Shown here piece by piece: positions 25,431 through 38,495 of a DNA stretch of 64,000 nt (position 1 is the first letter of the stretch; each line of letters begins with the position of its first letter). The stretch is from Octopus vulgaris. Its lineage: Eukaryota. Made by a program: the position numbers and the translations under genes. The stretch spans positions 24,056,001-24,120,000 of the forward strand of contig OX597827.1 in assembly GCA_951406725.2 (NCBI GenBank), read 5' to 3'. Below the pieces are notes generated by a model. The model was given only the letters and a program-made list of their open reading frames with translations, did not search any database and was not told where the DNA came from.

Positions 25431-28400
25431 ATGTAGAGGCTGAAACAAGGGCACAGAATAGATAGAATAGCTGATCAAAATAGACAGAGGCTCTTTTATA
25501 CAGCATTGGATTGGAGGAAGCAACAGTAACATAACTATACAGTCGCCGCTGGCCTCCGTGCCGGTGGCACATAAAAAGCACCATCCAATTGTGGCCGTTG
25601 CCAGCCTCGTTTGGCACCTGTGGCACGTAAAAAGCACCCACTACACTCACGCAGTGGTTGGCGTTAGGAAGGGTATCCATGTGTAGAAACACTGCCAGAA
25701 CAGACTGGGCCTAGTGCAGCCTCCTGGCTTCCCAGACCCCAGTTGAACTGTCCAACCCATGCAAGCATGGAAAGCAGACGTTAAACGATGATGATGATGA
25801 ATACACACCAGATCCTCACTATCACATGGCATGCCACTGCACAACAAGTCTTCACTACAACATGCCACCACACAACTTGTGCAGGACAGTACATGCAACT
25901 CACATGACCTTGAGAAAGAAAGTATACAGTCTTTTCTCAAACCAGAATGCTGGACTTGTGGTTTTGTATTTGAATAATTTCTCCAATTTGCGACAAGTTT
26001 GCTGAAGCACAACTAACACAACACAATAAAATGTACTTTTTGAACATTGTGTGTGTGTGTGTATAAGTGCATAGATATAAAAACGCATATAGATAGGCAT
26101 CACATTCAGTTCACTGTCGAGTGATTTCATGTGGAACATCAAGCTGTGAGAACATTTGGTTTTCAACAATACATGCTGCAAGTGATTGATTTTAGCACAA
26201 ACAGCCACCAAGCTGAGGGAAGAGATCAGATTGACAACTAGGAGCACAGAAGGAAGAAACAACTACTACAACAACAGCTATAGGATTGTGAGAGATAAGC
26301 TAATCATAAAACATTGCATTTTGTGTTCATTTGTCCCTTATAGTCCTCTACAGTTGAACAGGTGCTGTAATCTGTTTGTTCTTGGTCACCCCAGCTTCAA
26401 GTAACACTGTCAAAGTTTTTATATCAGTTATACTCAACCATTTTTTACCTCTGGGCTCATTTTGATTCCCGTTTTACTCAGGTGGACCCCCATAGCCACT
26501 CAAAGTTTTTTTAAAAAACCTTATTGTATATTTACAATTAAATTTTAGGAATTGTATAAAAAGAATTGTACAAATATTTTTGTGTGTTATAGAAGTATAA
26601 CCAAAATTTATTGCAGATAAATTTTAACAAACTCTTATATGGAATTCTATGGGTCATGTACAGCCTAGTTGAAAGCTACTGCTCTCTATTGTCACTCAAC
26701 CTTTTATAAAAAGCAGTCAAATATCACAGCTCATATGAGGTCTAATAAGACTGAAACATGCACAGAGTTGTCATTCATATTTCCTGAAAGGGTTAAAATA
26801 ACACAAGTCATTAGGCTAATATTGTCCTTTCTTCGTTTAATAATCATTTCAACTGCAATGTCCCACATAGAAGTCAACAAACTATTTGTCAGTTAACATA
26901 TTACATTGTGTGTGTGTGTGTGTGTGTGTTAACACTGAGTTTAAAGGCCAAGATATCCAAGTGAAAGGAACCAGTAGAAGACCAAAGATGACATGGAAAG
27001 AATGAGAGGTATGATCTTAGGAGAATGGATCTTATGAAGGATATGGCAAGAGAGTGCAAGAAATAACATGCTAAAGAAGACCTGTCCAATTCATGAAAGC
27101 ATGGAAAAACAGATGTAAAATGACGATTATGGTACATTAACTAGTTCTGACAGTGCTGAGTTGTCATCTACCCTGTGGTACCTATGAACAGCTAGATGCA
27201 CTTACTCATTGAGAATTAACTGCTTTAGTCATGATCTACTGATTGCCCAGTTATTATACAATAATGTCCTTGTTAACTCAACCAGTCATAATAATTCCAT
27301 ATATATAGGCACAGGTGTGGCCACGTGGTAAGAAGCTTGCTTCCCAACCACATGGTTCTGGGTTCAGTCCTACTGCATGGCACCATGGGCAAGTGTCTTC
27401 TACTATAGCCTCGGGCTGACCAAAGCCTTGTGAGTGAATTTGGTTGGCAGAAACTGAAAGAAGCCCATTGTGTGTGTGTGTGTGTGTGTGTTTGTGTTTG
27501 TGTCTTTGTTTGTCCCCCCACCAACCATCGCTTGACAACTGATGTTGGTGTGTCTACATCCCCATACCTTAGTTGTTCACCAAAAGTGCTGATAGAATAA
27601 GTACTACGTTTACAAAGAGTAAGTCTTGGCAGTGCTCCAGCAAGGCCGCAGCCAAATGTATGGTGTGTGTGCGTTAATTTTTTTTTGTATAAAATTCCTA
27701 ATAATATTTAATTATAAAAATAGGATTTTCTTTTTCTTTTCTTTAACATGGAGGTCCAGTAGAGTAAAATGGGCATGAAAGGGATCCACAAACAATAAAT
27801 GGTTGAGAACTGCTGGTCTACAGCAAGAATTCTTCTCCATCACAAAATACAATGAATGGCTTTCTTTTAGATTTGGATATGCCTCAAGCTTATTTGAACT
27901 GGTAATAAGTTTAAATTTATCTTTATATATAATGTTGTGAAATCTCATCAACTAATCTCTTCCTCGATATATCTAAAAATCTGGCCTTGTGCTCAGGTTT
28001 AAAATAACTGCCAACACCACCACAGCCACAACTACCATCATCATCATCAGCAGCAGTATTTCTTTCCATGGGCCACTACAATCCACTGGGCTGGCCTTTG
28101 CTTCCTGTTTCCATAGCATCAATCAAAAGAGGAACCAAACCTCTACAATGATTAGGACACTAATCTACACCATCATCATCATCATCATTTAACGTCCGTT
28201 GTCCATGCTGGCATGGGTTGGACAGTTTGACCAGGGCTGGCAAGCTGGAAGGCTGCACCAGACTCCAGTCTGATTTGGCATGGTTTCTACAGCTGGATTC
28301 CCTTCCTAATGTCAACCACTCCAAGAGTGTAATGGGTGCTTTTGCATGCCACCGGCACAGATGCCATTTGTGTGACACCAGTACCTGCCACGACTACAAT

Positions 28401-28827
28401 TTTGCTTGGCTTGATGGGTCTTCTTCTCGAGCACGACAAAATGCCAAAGGTCTCGGTCATTGCCTCCATGAGACCCAACACCCGAAAGGAGCTCAGCCAC
28501 TGTGCCTCTGTGAGGCCCAATACTCAAAAGGTGCTTTTTACGGGACACCAGCACAGGTGCCAGTTACATGTCACCAGCATAGGTCATGATTACGATTTCA
28601 GAAGATAATATTTCCAATGCAAGGAAAGACTCAGCATTACAAGTCAACAGAGCACCAAACATTGATACAATGCCACCACTGTTTAATCTGGTCAATTACA
28701 GCATGCTGCACAATCACTACCTGCTGTATTCTCTGGCATTGTATAAACATTTAAATATTCAAGCATCATCACAATCTCTCCAGGTCTGGCTGGATTTCAC
28801 ATGAAACTTTTGGTCTTCCTCTTTCCT

Positions 28828-29047
28828 TTACTTTATTTCAGTCATTTGACTGCAGCCATGCTGGAGCACCGCCTTTAGTCGAACAAATCGACCCCAAGAC
28901 TTCTTCTTTGTAAGCCTAGTACTTAGTCTACTGGGCTCTTTTGCTGAACCACTAAGTTACAGGGACATAAACACACCAGCATCGGTTGTCAAGTGATAAT
29001 GGAGGGAAAAAAAACACACACAAACATATACACATACATATATATAA

Positions 29048-29111
<64 letters not shown>

Positions 29112-29281
29112 GTATATATGATGGGCTTCTTTCAGTTTCCATCTACCAAATCCACTCACAAGGCTTTGGTCGACCTAAAGCTATAGTAGAAGACACTTCT
29201 CAAGGTGCCATGCAGTGGGACTGAACCTGGAACCATGTGGTTGATAAGCAAGCTACTTACCACACAGCCACTCCTATGCCT
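28828..29281 (-). mobile_element. SINE family A copy
   Basis: Reverse complement of the 46802 copy, with long internal (TA)n. Confidence 0.8.
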
Positions 29282-30519
29282 AAGTCATGTTGGCAGATGA
29301 GTCAACCAAGCTTTTTTGAGTGCAAATTTGGGCCAGAATAATTTAACCTGTATGCTGGAACATGCAGTATTAAATAACTCCAGGCAATGAGGGAGCATAC
29401 ATGTTTGTCTAACTGATAAGAAATAACAGCCAAATCGCCCTTAATCCCAGACATATGTCATAAATGACTCTGTAAGGCAGATAACGGTGATAACTGTGAA
29501 GTCAATTATGAATAATTTATGAGATAACGGACAACAGATATTTTGTGTTTACCTACACATTTAGCAATTGTTATATTTAGCAATTATAATATTTGTTCCC
29601 ACCACCAACACCATCATTCTACTTAAATATTGATAATAACAAGTGGAGTAAATAAGAGTGATTAACATACTCTCAAGAGTATATTAAATAAGAGTGAATA
29701 ACAGTATTTTATCTAAGAGTGGTTTGAAGTATTCCAATTATTGTCAAGTAGAATATTTGTGCTGGATTAAAAGGGTCAGTTTAACTGCCAAAGGGTTAAG
29801 GTTGTTACAATACAGTGGTTTACCATTTTTGATCATATTCATTCTATAGAAGAAAGCAAGAATTACTTTGCCTTTATACCATAATTTTTAATGCATTTAG
29901 AAGCTAAACTCATGGCATGTCACACATTAGTCCCCATACAAAAGATGACAGACACCAGAATTTTAATTAATTAATTACAACTGAATTACATGTTGAATTT
30001 CTTGTATTGATTCGCATTTTTATAATAGGAAATAATTTACTTTATATCTCTCTTGAGTGTTTCAGTTATCAGAACTGCAGCCATGAAGGGGCACCATGTT
30101 GCAGAGTTTTTAGTCGAACAAATTGACCCCAGCAATTTTTTTTTTAAGCCCAGTACTTAATCTGTCAGTCTCTTTTGCTGAAATGCTAAGTTATGGGGAC
30201 ATAAATAAACTAACACTGGTTGTCAAGCAGTAGTGGAAGACAAACACACACACGACAGGCTTCTTTCAGTTTCTGTCAACCAAATCCACTTACAAGGCTT
30301 TGGTTGACCCAACGCTATAGTGGAAGACACTTATCCAAGGTGCCACACAATGGGACTGAACCTAGAACCATGTGGTTGGGAAGCAAACCTCTTACCACAC
30401 AGCCATGCCTTAATAATATTCATAGTTTTAACTTGGCCATCTCTGTCTATTTTACCCATTAAGAGAGCTCATTACACACAAAAAGTAAGTACTGGGTTTC
30501 TTCAATTAAACCCTTCAAG

Positions 30520-30810
30520 CAGGGTTGTGGAGTCGGAGTTGGAAACAATTAATGGGTAGCTGGAGTCAGAGTCAGTAAAACTATACCGACTCCGATTCCA
30601 ACTCACAATGTCTTTATTCTTTAATATAAACCCATTATAACCTATAGACCTACTCAAAGTACAAGCGTAAGCATATGCTTTATGAGATATGTAGACCACA
30701 ATCACTTAATTACATAAAGAGGAGTCAAAGTAGGAGTCAGAAGCGGAGTCGGAGGTGGCAATAGTACAGGAGTTGGAGTCAAAGTTTTTTGTCTCCACTG
30801 GACAGCTCTG
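30520..30810. mobile_element. hAT MITE with GGAGTC subterminal repeats, inserted in a SINE tail
   Basis: Ends CAGGGTTG / CAGCTCTG; TSD CCTTCAAG / CCTTCATG (7/8); GGAGTC and GACTCC arrays. Confidence 0.7.
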
Positions 30811-31049
30811 CCTTCATGGCAGTGCCCCAGCATGGCCAAATTCCAATGACTGAAACAAACAAAAGAGAATAACTACCATTTGTTTTTAAATGTAAAATAA
30901 GCAAGAACTTAGTGAACAATGTTGTCCTAGATACACTATGCCAAAATCTTTTTAAAGTACTGAACAACTTTGTGGCAGGTGGACTTTGTTGCTGTGGCCT
31001 GGGTTGGAACCCGGCCGTATTAATAATAACCTCTCTGCTTATCACATTT

Positions 31050-32000
31050 CAAGAGAGACTCTGATGCCATGCCATTGCAGATGAATTAACCCCATGAACA
31101 ACAACAGTATTTGACCATATCAACAGCGGCACTTTTTGAGGACAAGAGAATCATTGAAGGGAATCAATCCAGTTGTATAAGTCAGGAGCTGACATAAAAT
31201 TCAAAGGGCAAATGCAAAGGATCAGTAAAGGCAAAAATAGTCATATACTGACAGCTGGCATAAGTTTACCATTCTCTTTTGCTATTTGCAGGAGGACTGC
31301 AAAATTATGCCAATGAACACATGGCCAATGCAGATCTTTGTGGCCACATGGATCTCTAGCCTAGAGTAAAGCAAGCTCTGTAGATATGGAAATGCATTAC
31401 AGATATGGTTGAGAATATCCATCTCATCTTTTCCCTAGTCTGAGTAAGGAACATAGTGTGAGGTGCTACGATTAACTACTGCCAGAATCCCAAAGCTGAG
31501 TAAGACATGTGCCTTTCAGAGGACAAGATGCAATCTTTGTCTTGGCTACATTGACCATCATGCCAATATGTAATGAATTCATGACTGAGACATTCGATGG
31601 CTGACTGGACAGGCACATAACTGCTACCAATTTGAAGACATCAGTCTGGTGAAAGTCAATGACAGTGAAATATTGTCCCACAGGGACACTCCAGAAATCC
31701 ACCACAGTACACAAAGCAATGATATAGTTAAACAATTTTAACACAGACACCTGAGCAAATTTCAAAAGAGTCAAATACTATTGTTTGTATTGAGCTGTAA
31801 TAATTTTGAGACTCAGCAGCTTCAGAGGTAATCCATCTATGATCATGATATCTCAGAATGCACTGCAATCAACAGCATCAAAAGCTGATATGAATTCCAC
31901 AAAGCAAATGATGGCTTGTTGCTGGTGACTCCAAATCTGTGAGGTTTTTATCAGGGCTGAGGCAACACAGAATAAATTCTCTCTTTGAGAAGAGTTTCAA
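31050..32000 (-). mobile_element. Old LINE RT fragment (RTE-like)
   Basis: Minus strand AIICFVEFISAFDAVD (F.D...AFD motif) and further decayed RT-like sequence. Confidence 0.5.
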
Positions 32001-33012
32001 AATGTTCACTTACCAATGCAGACACCAGCAAAGACAAATACCAACACAGATACTAACAGATATCAATACTAAATTAGAGAGAGGTTTCAACACAGACACT
32101 AGCACAGACAGATATTGCTGCAGATACAGCATAGAGAGATATCGATAATTACATATATCAAAGAAGACATACAGCATATGTATTCAATAAACTATTAACA
32201 ACAATATGTCTAAGGCCCCCTGAAGACATTAGTGATAGGAGCAGGATAAAGAAGACACTGACTCTTGTAGTATTTAACAGAGCAAAATGGTAGGAAACAA
32301 GGAAATGAAAAGCAAAGTCAAGTATTGTGTTGTACATGCACTCTCATACACAAACAATACACATGAATTACAGAAGAGTATTTAATTAGAATAAGTTAAT
32401 TGGGTAATTACATACTTTGGACACTGATAAAGATATATATATATATATATATATTCAGTTAGTAGAACAGGTTCGTTTAAAACCAGTGAAGGCACAATTA
32501 AAATAAAGGACATCATAACCATCACCATCATATTTAATACACTGTATCTTCACAAACATACATAATTGAAGAAGACACACATAGAGTGAGGATAAAGGTC
32601 ACATTTCTGTACAAATTGAACCAATCAAGATACATTAGATAACTAAACAACCAATGAAATACATAATAAAGACAAAAGCGAGAAAGATTACGTGAAAACT
32701 TCAGAAATCTAGAATCCAATAATGCAAATTGTAAAAGCCTGATGACAAAAGGGTAATAAAACTGTGAGAGCCTTTTGGAATCAGTAACAGTGAAAAGGCT
32801 AAAGAGAACTGGTGAGTGTGTATCGAATATGTATCAGTGGTGTGATGTTGTGCAGCTGTGAAGTTAGAGGACTTGTAGTGGCTGAAGAGAGTGTATGGTG
32901 TATGTGTTGGTGATGTGAGTTTGTCATACAGCATTGCATGACAACTCAAACCCTATTGTCCTAAAAAGTGAAACCTACATTATATATACATAAGAACACA
33001 GGGTGTTCATAA

Positions 33013-33230
33013 TTCTTTTCTACTCTAGGCACAAGGCCCGAAACTTTTTTGGAGAGGGGGCTAGTCAATTAGATTGATCCCAGTATGCAACTGGTACTTA
33101 ATTTATCAACTCCCAAAAGGATAAAAGGCAAAGTTGACCTTGGCAGAATTTGAACTCAGAACGTAAAGACAGACGAATACCGCTCAGAATTTTGCCTGGT
33201 GTGCTAACATTTCTGCCAGCTCACTGCCTT
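33013..33230 (-). mobile_element. SINE family B copy with TSD
   Basis: Flanked by ACAG(G/A)GTGTTCATAATT direct repeats. Confidence 0.75.
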
Positions 33231-33577
33231 ACAGAGTGTTCATAATTGAAACACCTTTAATCAGAGGTGTGATGCATCAAAGCTGACCTGAAGATAAACA
33301 AGTATGACAACATTGTCACATTTGTCTCATCAGATCACATGTCAAAACCATTTAACCATTGTATGTTGGTCTATTCTTACAAATGTGACAAAAAGATGAG
33401 TATGAGGGGAGGTGGGGGGCTCATTAAAAAATATTGTTCCTACATTAATAATTAGCAGCAGGAGAAAGAATAATTAAGCTAACAAAGTACAATTAATACA
33501 TGTAATACAGCTCAAAGACCTTAACAAAAAACATATAATATGACACCAGTTCAAAATACAGCAAGTGTTTTAATTAA

Positions 33578-33788
33578 CCCTTTCGTTACCAACCCAGCTG
33601 AAACCTGCTCTGGCTCTGTAGTACAAATGTTTTCTTTTCATAAGTTTTGAATTAAAATCTTCCACCAAACCTTAGTCACAATTTATGTTCCTAACACTAG
33701 CTGAATGATAACTAAGTCATTATACTAAATTCTTTGTTATATTTAAAGTAATTGAAAGAAACACAGAGGATCTCAAAATAAATAAGGG
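33578..33788. mobile_element. piggyBac-type MITE
   Basis: TTAA on both sides, CCC...GGG termini; same family as the copies at 60900 and 61135. Confidence 0.75.
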
Positions 33789-33899
33789 TTAATGTTAGTG
33801 GAAAGTAATGATTGTAATGGGTGTGGTGGTGTAGAGACCCGGGTCAGCCCTAATTAAGCAGATCTATCTTCCAACCATGACCATCCCATCTTTAATCAA

Positions 33900-34320
33900 A
33901 TATACCTTTGGCTCCAATACATCAACACCATCTATTTTCTTTCTCTTGATTGTGCAATGCCCCAAGGTGACTGAGCTCTGGGCTTATATTGAACACCTGC
34001 TGTCGCATTCAAGAAGAGTACAACTGTCGAGCGAATCTGTAATTAAGATCGTTCCACTGACCTCCCTGAATAGGGAGGAGTGAGCCTGTTTTCTCTCGGT
34101 AGTTGCTGTTGCGAAATAGGTAGTATGGGAGACAAGAGTGAAAGGAATTGCAACAGGCATGTTCATCTCCAGTCTCAAGCTAATCGACTTTTTCATTTTC
34201 CACATGAAATGGAAAATAAGGCTGGAGAAGAAATGCCTGTTGCAAAGTGTGTTTCGTAAAAGATGGAAGTATATAGCAAGTATGTTGCAAGTGGAAGAAC
34301 CTATTTAAACGAGAATATAA
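33900..34320 (+). mobile_element. L1/Tx1-like LINE 3' fragment
   Basis: VQCPKVTELWAYIEHLLSH...ESVIKIVP...AVAK.VVWETR...F.KRW resembles the C-terminal cysteine region of Tx1 ORF2. Confidence 0.5.
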
Positions 34321-35475
34321 AAAGGAGAAAGCAAAGTCTTTCGTGTGAGTATGTGGTTTGTGGGGTCGACTACGTCCTCTGCATCATTTTTTGTAAATCA
34401 CTCATTCTCATTTAATTGTATATATTTTAATTGTTTGTTTATTCATACGTTTCGTCTCATTCGATACCCTAACCCCTATGTTTGTTTTGTCTGTCCTCGT
34501 ATCGTCCCCTCTTTTTCTCAACCTCATGGTTAATAAAGAAATTGACTATCCTTCTCTAACTCTCTCTCTTCTCTTCTCTTCTTCTCCTTCCCCATCCCAC
34601 TGGAGTAGCCAAGTATCCCCTCTTACCTCGGGCCCTTTATTTTACTCTAACCTCTCACCTGGATGGCAGCTACTTCTCTCTCTCAGCTGAGAGGTCACTG
34701 CCTTGCAAGCTACTTGGTGACCACAATGGTGCCACGTAAAAGACACCAAGTCCACTCTGTAAAGTGGTTGGCATTAGGAAGGGCATCCAGCCACAGAAAC
34801 CTTACCAAGCCAGACTCATGGAACCCGGTGCAACCCTTTGGCTTGACAGCTCCTGTCAAACCGTCCAAACCATCCCAGCATGGAAAATGGGTGTTAAATT
34901 ACATAGATGATGATAATGGGCATTTCCTTTTGCTGAAGATGCTAAAATATGAGTTGCAGGAGATCTGGCTGCATGGGCTTTTTGCAGGGGTGGAACTGAT
35001 AAAAACAATTGTAGTGATTGTGCAAATGACCTCAGTAGTGGTGATGGTGATGGTGGTGGTTGTAATTATATCAATAGTATACATTGGCTTCAAATATAGG
35101 CACAAGTCCAGGATTTGGGGATAGAGAATAAGTCAATTACATTGAAACCCCCAACCCACCCAGTGCTCAACTAGTGCTTATTTTATTGACTCCCAAAAGA
35201 ATGAAAGGCAAAGTTGACCTTGGTGGAATTTGAACTCAGAACATGAAGATGGACGAGATGCCTCAAAGCATTTTGCATGGCACACTAACGACTCTGCCAG
35301 CTCACCTTCACTGATATTTGCCTCAAGTTTGAATAGAAGGCCAGCAATTTCGGTGCTGAGGGAAGGTCGATTAAATCAACCCCAGTTTTCAGCTGGTACT
35401 TATTCTATTGATCCTGCAAAAGGAGGGAAGGCAAAGTCGACCTTGGCAGAATTTGAACTCAGAAAGTAAAGATAA

Positions 35476-35842
35476 GCGCAGGAGTGGCTGTGTGGTAAGT
35501 AGCTTGCTTATCAACCACATGGTTCCAGGTTCAGTCCCACTGTGTGGCACCTTGGGCAAGTGTCTTCTACTATAGCCTCGGGCCAACCAAAGCCTTGTGA
35601 GTGGATTTTGTAGACGGAAACTGAAAGAAGCCCATCGTGTGCATGTGTGTGTCTGTGTTTGTTCCCCCACTATCGATTGACAACCAACGTTGGTGTTTAC
35701 GTACCCGTAACTTAGTGGTTCGGCAAAAGATACCGATGGAATAAGTACTAGGCTTACAAAGAATAAGAACTGGGGTCGATTTGTTCGACTAAAGGTGGTG
35801 CTCCAGCATGGCCACAGTCAAATGAGTGAAACAAATAAAAAG
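35476..35842 (+). mobile_element. SINE family A copy, inserted into a family B SINE
   Basis: Full head-core-tail; the family B sequence breaks at ~35472 and resumes ~35845. Confidence 0.75.
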
Positions 35843-36147
35843 AATGGAAGAAACGCCTCTAAGGATTTTGCTCAGCGTGCTAACAACTCTGTCAGCTTGC
35901 CACCTCAAATGGTATCAATGGTAATATTGATTGTGGCTTTGGTGATGACAGTGGTTAAAATGCTAATGGTTATTAGTGATGAGAGCAGTATTAGTGACAG
36001 GTGTATTTGTGGGGAAAGAAGCAGGGATGTGGATCAAGGAAGAAGAGGTAGTCGTAATATGGTACTAATTCATGTAGAAGTAACAGCAACAACAACAGTG
36101 GCTGTATAGCATGGTGTCACTGAATCATGCTGTACCACATTACAAAC

Positions 36148-36262
36148 AGCAGCAGCAGCAGCGGTGGCGGCGGTGGTTGTGGTGGTGATGGTGGTGGTGA
36201 TGGTGATGGTGGTGATGATGGTCGTGGTGGTGGTGGTAGTGGTGGTGATGGTGGTGATGGTG
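36148..36262. repeat. (CAG)n-(GGT/GAT)n trinucleotide tract
   Basis: Direct read. Confidence 0.9.
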
Positions 36263-36779
36263 AGAGTGGAGTATCATCTGACTCTGGTGAGAACTCTTAC
36301 TCCTCTCACCTTCTTTGAAATGCAATGATAACATCCGATGTTACCCCCTCTCCCCTACCACTACACTGCTCATCAAGAGGAGGAAGAGGAGATGATGCAC
36401 GGCAGCTGATGAGGATCACTGAAGATGCCAGGAGTTTCACTACAATATTATTACAGCTTACAAACTCTGCTATTTTCACAATATGATTCACACTGACACC
36501 ATCACCTGCACGTCCACATTTAGGGCAAAGATGGGGTTTCTATGTGATCGATCCAAATGCTAAAAATAGTAGCGAAATCTCATTAAAATCACACCACACT
36601 GAATAAAAAAGGTGATAAATATACATTGGAGAATGTAATACTAGATGTACAAAAAAAAAGACAATAATCGTGGCTAGAACATTTTTGATCATAGGTGGGA
36701 TTGATCGCAGATTACCTGGAGTTAAACAATAAGAATGATGGTAATAAATGGAAGTATGGTTTCTTATGCAAATGTTATC

Positions 36780-37013
36780 GGTACTACTAGCGAAAGTGGT
36801 CCCGGAGCGCGCATCCGCGATAGCTAGTCGTAAGTAGTCGATCCTACAACGACTACCTAGCAAAGTAAGTAAAACACAAAATAAATAACTTTTTTTACAC
36901 AAAGTAAATAACACACAAAAACACAAAGTAAGGATCGACTAGTCATGACTAGCTAGCGCGGATGCGCGACTACGCGAGAGCGCGCACCGGGACCGCTATT
37001 CGCTAGTAGTACC
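36780..37013. mobile_element. Merlin-type MITE (234 bp)
   Basis: Perfect 8-bp TSD ATGTTATC (36772..36779, 37014..37021). TIRs begin GGTACTACTAGCGAA (GGNRM, Merlin/IS1016 hallmark), with imperfect CpG-rich inverted arms of about 65-83 bp. Confidence 0.8.
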
Positions 37014-38457
37014 ATGTTATCCTTGAAAAGGGAGCTGCATGTCAATCAGAAAACTAGGATTTGTGTGGGTACCGGTTGCGTTTGTAATGAATGAAAAGTA
37101 GAAACCGTCCCTGATGATATACGAAGTAAAAACCAGGTGAGACAGAAGGGGACGAGCTCCTCAAAGAGAGGGGTTTGTACGCGCACACGCACATTCACAC
37201 ACTACAAACACGAGATGCATTACTTAATTACGGAATATATTAGAGAGACACTAAGAGCGAAGAGAGAGAGAGAGAGAGAGAGATAGGATTATTTGCACAA
37301 ATAAGAAAAAGGATTAGGATAATGGACAGTTATGACGATGTCGTCTGCGATTATAACAAAAACAAACAAACAAGAATAATAATAATCCTCATAAATTCCA
37401 CTAAAGTCGGTTCTTCGTACAATCGCACGGTTAGCCTTTGTATCCCTCCCACCCCCAACTTCGCGTTTCCCTTCTCCTCCTCCTATAACTACTCCTCTTG
37501 CTTCTTTGGTAGACGTTTGTTTGAATGAAAAGCTATCACATGAATGAATGAATGAATGAATGAACAAAAAACGAACGTAGTTGGCACTAGTAAAAGTAGC
37601 AAAAGGCAAAAATGGTGAACTTCATTTATAGCAGTCGTAGTATTATATAGTCTGTTGTAGAGTAATAGTGGAGGGGCCATACGAGGCGGAGTGGATGCTG
37701 CAGCGAGCGACGCTGGCCGTTCTCTACGGTAATACCATCGCAGTCATTACCACGGGTCGCGGATGAGCACGCCATTTGTGCTGGGGTGTGTGGTCCATGG
37801 CCCCTCTCCTTCCATCTTCTGTTGATTGCTCCCCACCCTTTTCCCCCCTTTTCTGTTTCTTTGTATTTGAATGATACAGAAATTTAAAATGTGGTTTACT
37901 GTATAATAGGCTATGGAAATAAAACATTTGTCTCAAACTCTGGTGGAAAGGAGAAGGAGAAGAAGAAGAAGTTATGATCATTGGAAAACATGGGACACAG
38001 TCATTGCTGCTGTCACACAATCATCTCACCGTCGCAATATACAAATCCCAACACTTCCATTCCCCTTCTAACCATCTGCCTCCCCCCCACCACCACCACC
38101 ACCACACTCACTGCCGTTCTTCATCACCATCATCTACATCCTACCTAGTGTCTCCTCCACATCTCAGACACACACCACCACCACTACACTCCACCCTGAC
38201 ACACACTATGTTCACCACTATCAATCCCCCACCACCGCAACAAGACACATAGGGTGGGGGGAAACGGGGGCAAAACAGACAAAAAGTACATCGCCCCCAC
38301 ACACCTCTTTCCTTGTTACACATGACAAAATCTCCATCTTAAATAATATATACACAACACGTACTTTATTGAATAACAACCACACATATATATACACACA
38401 CATACTCGCGTGCTATATAATTGCGCTATGTGTCTCAATATAGTTTTCAGCCATTGT

Positions 38458-38495
<38 letters not shown>

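Noticed and set aside
36127-36334. Poly-Gly (+) and poly-His (-) ORFs
   Set aside because: Both are translations of a GGT/GAT microsatellite, with no domain and no convincing exon structure.
36510-36539. KPHLCPKCGR resembling the start of a C2H2 zinc finger
   Set aside because: No F..L..H...H completion follows, so it is not a zinc finger.
36540-36926. 128-aa hydrophobic ORF, in frame with the downstream 77 codons across a TAG
   Set aside because: It starts within the Merlin MITE at a non-ATG codon and has no recognisable domain; there is no evidence for readthrough.
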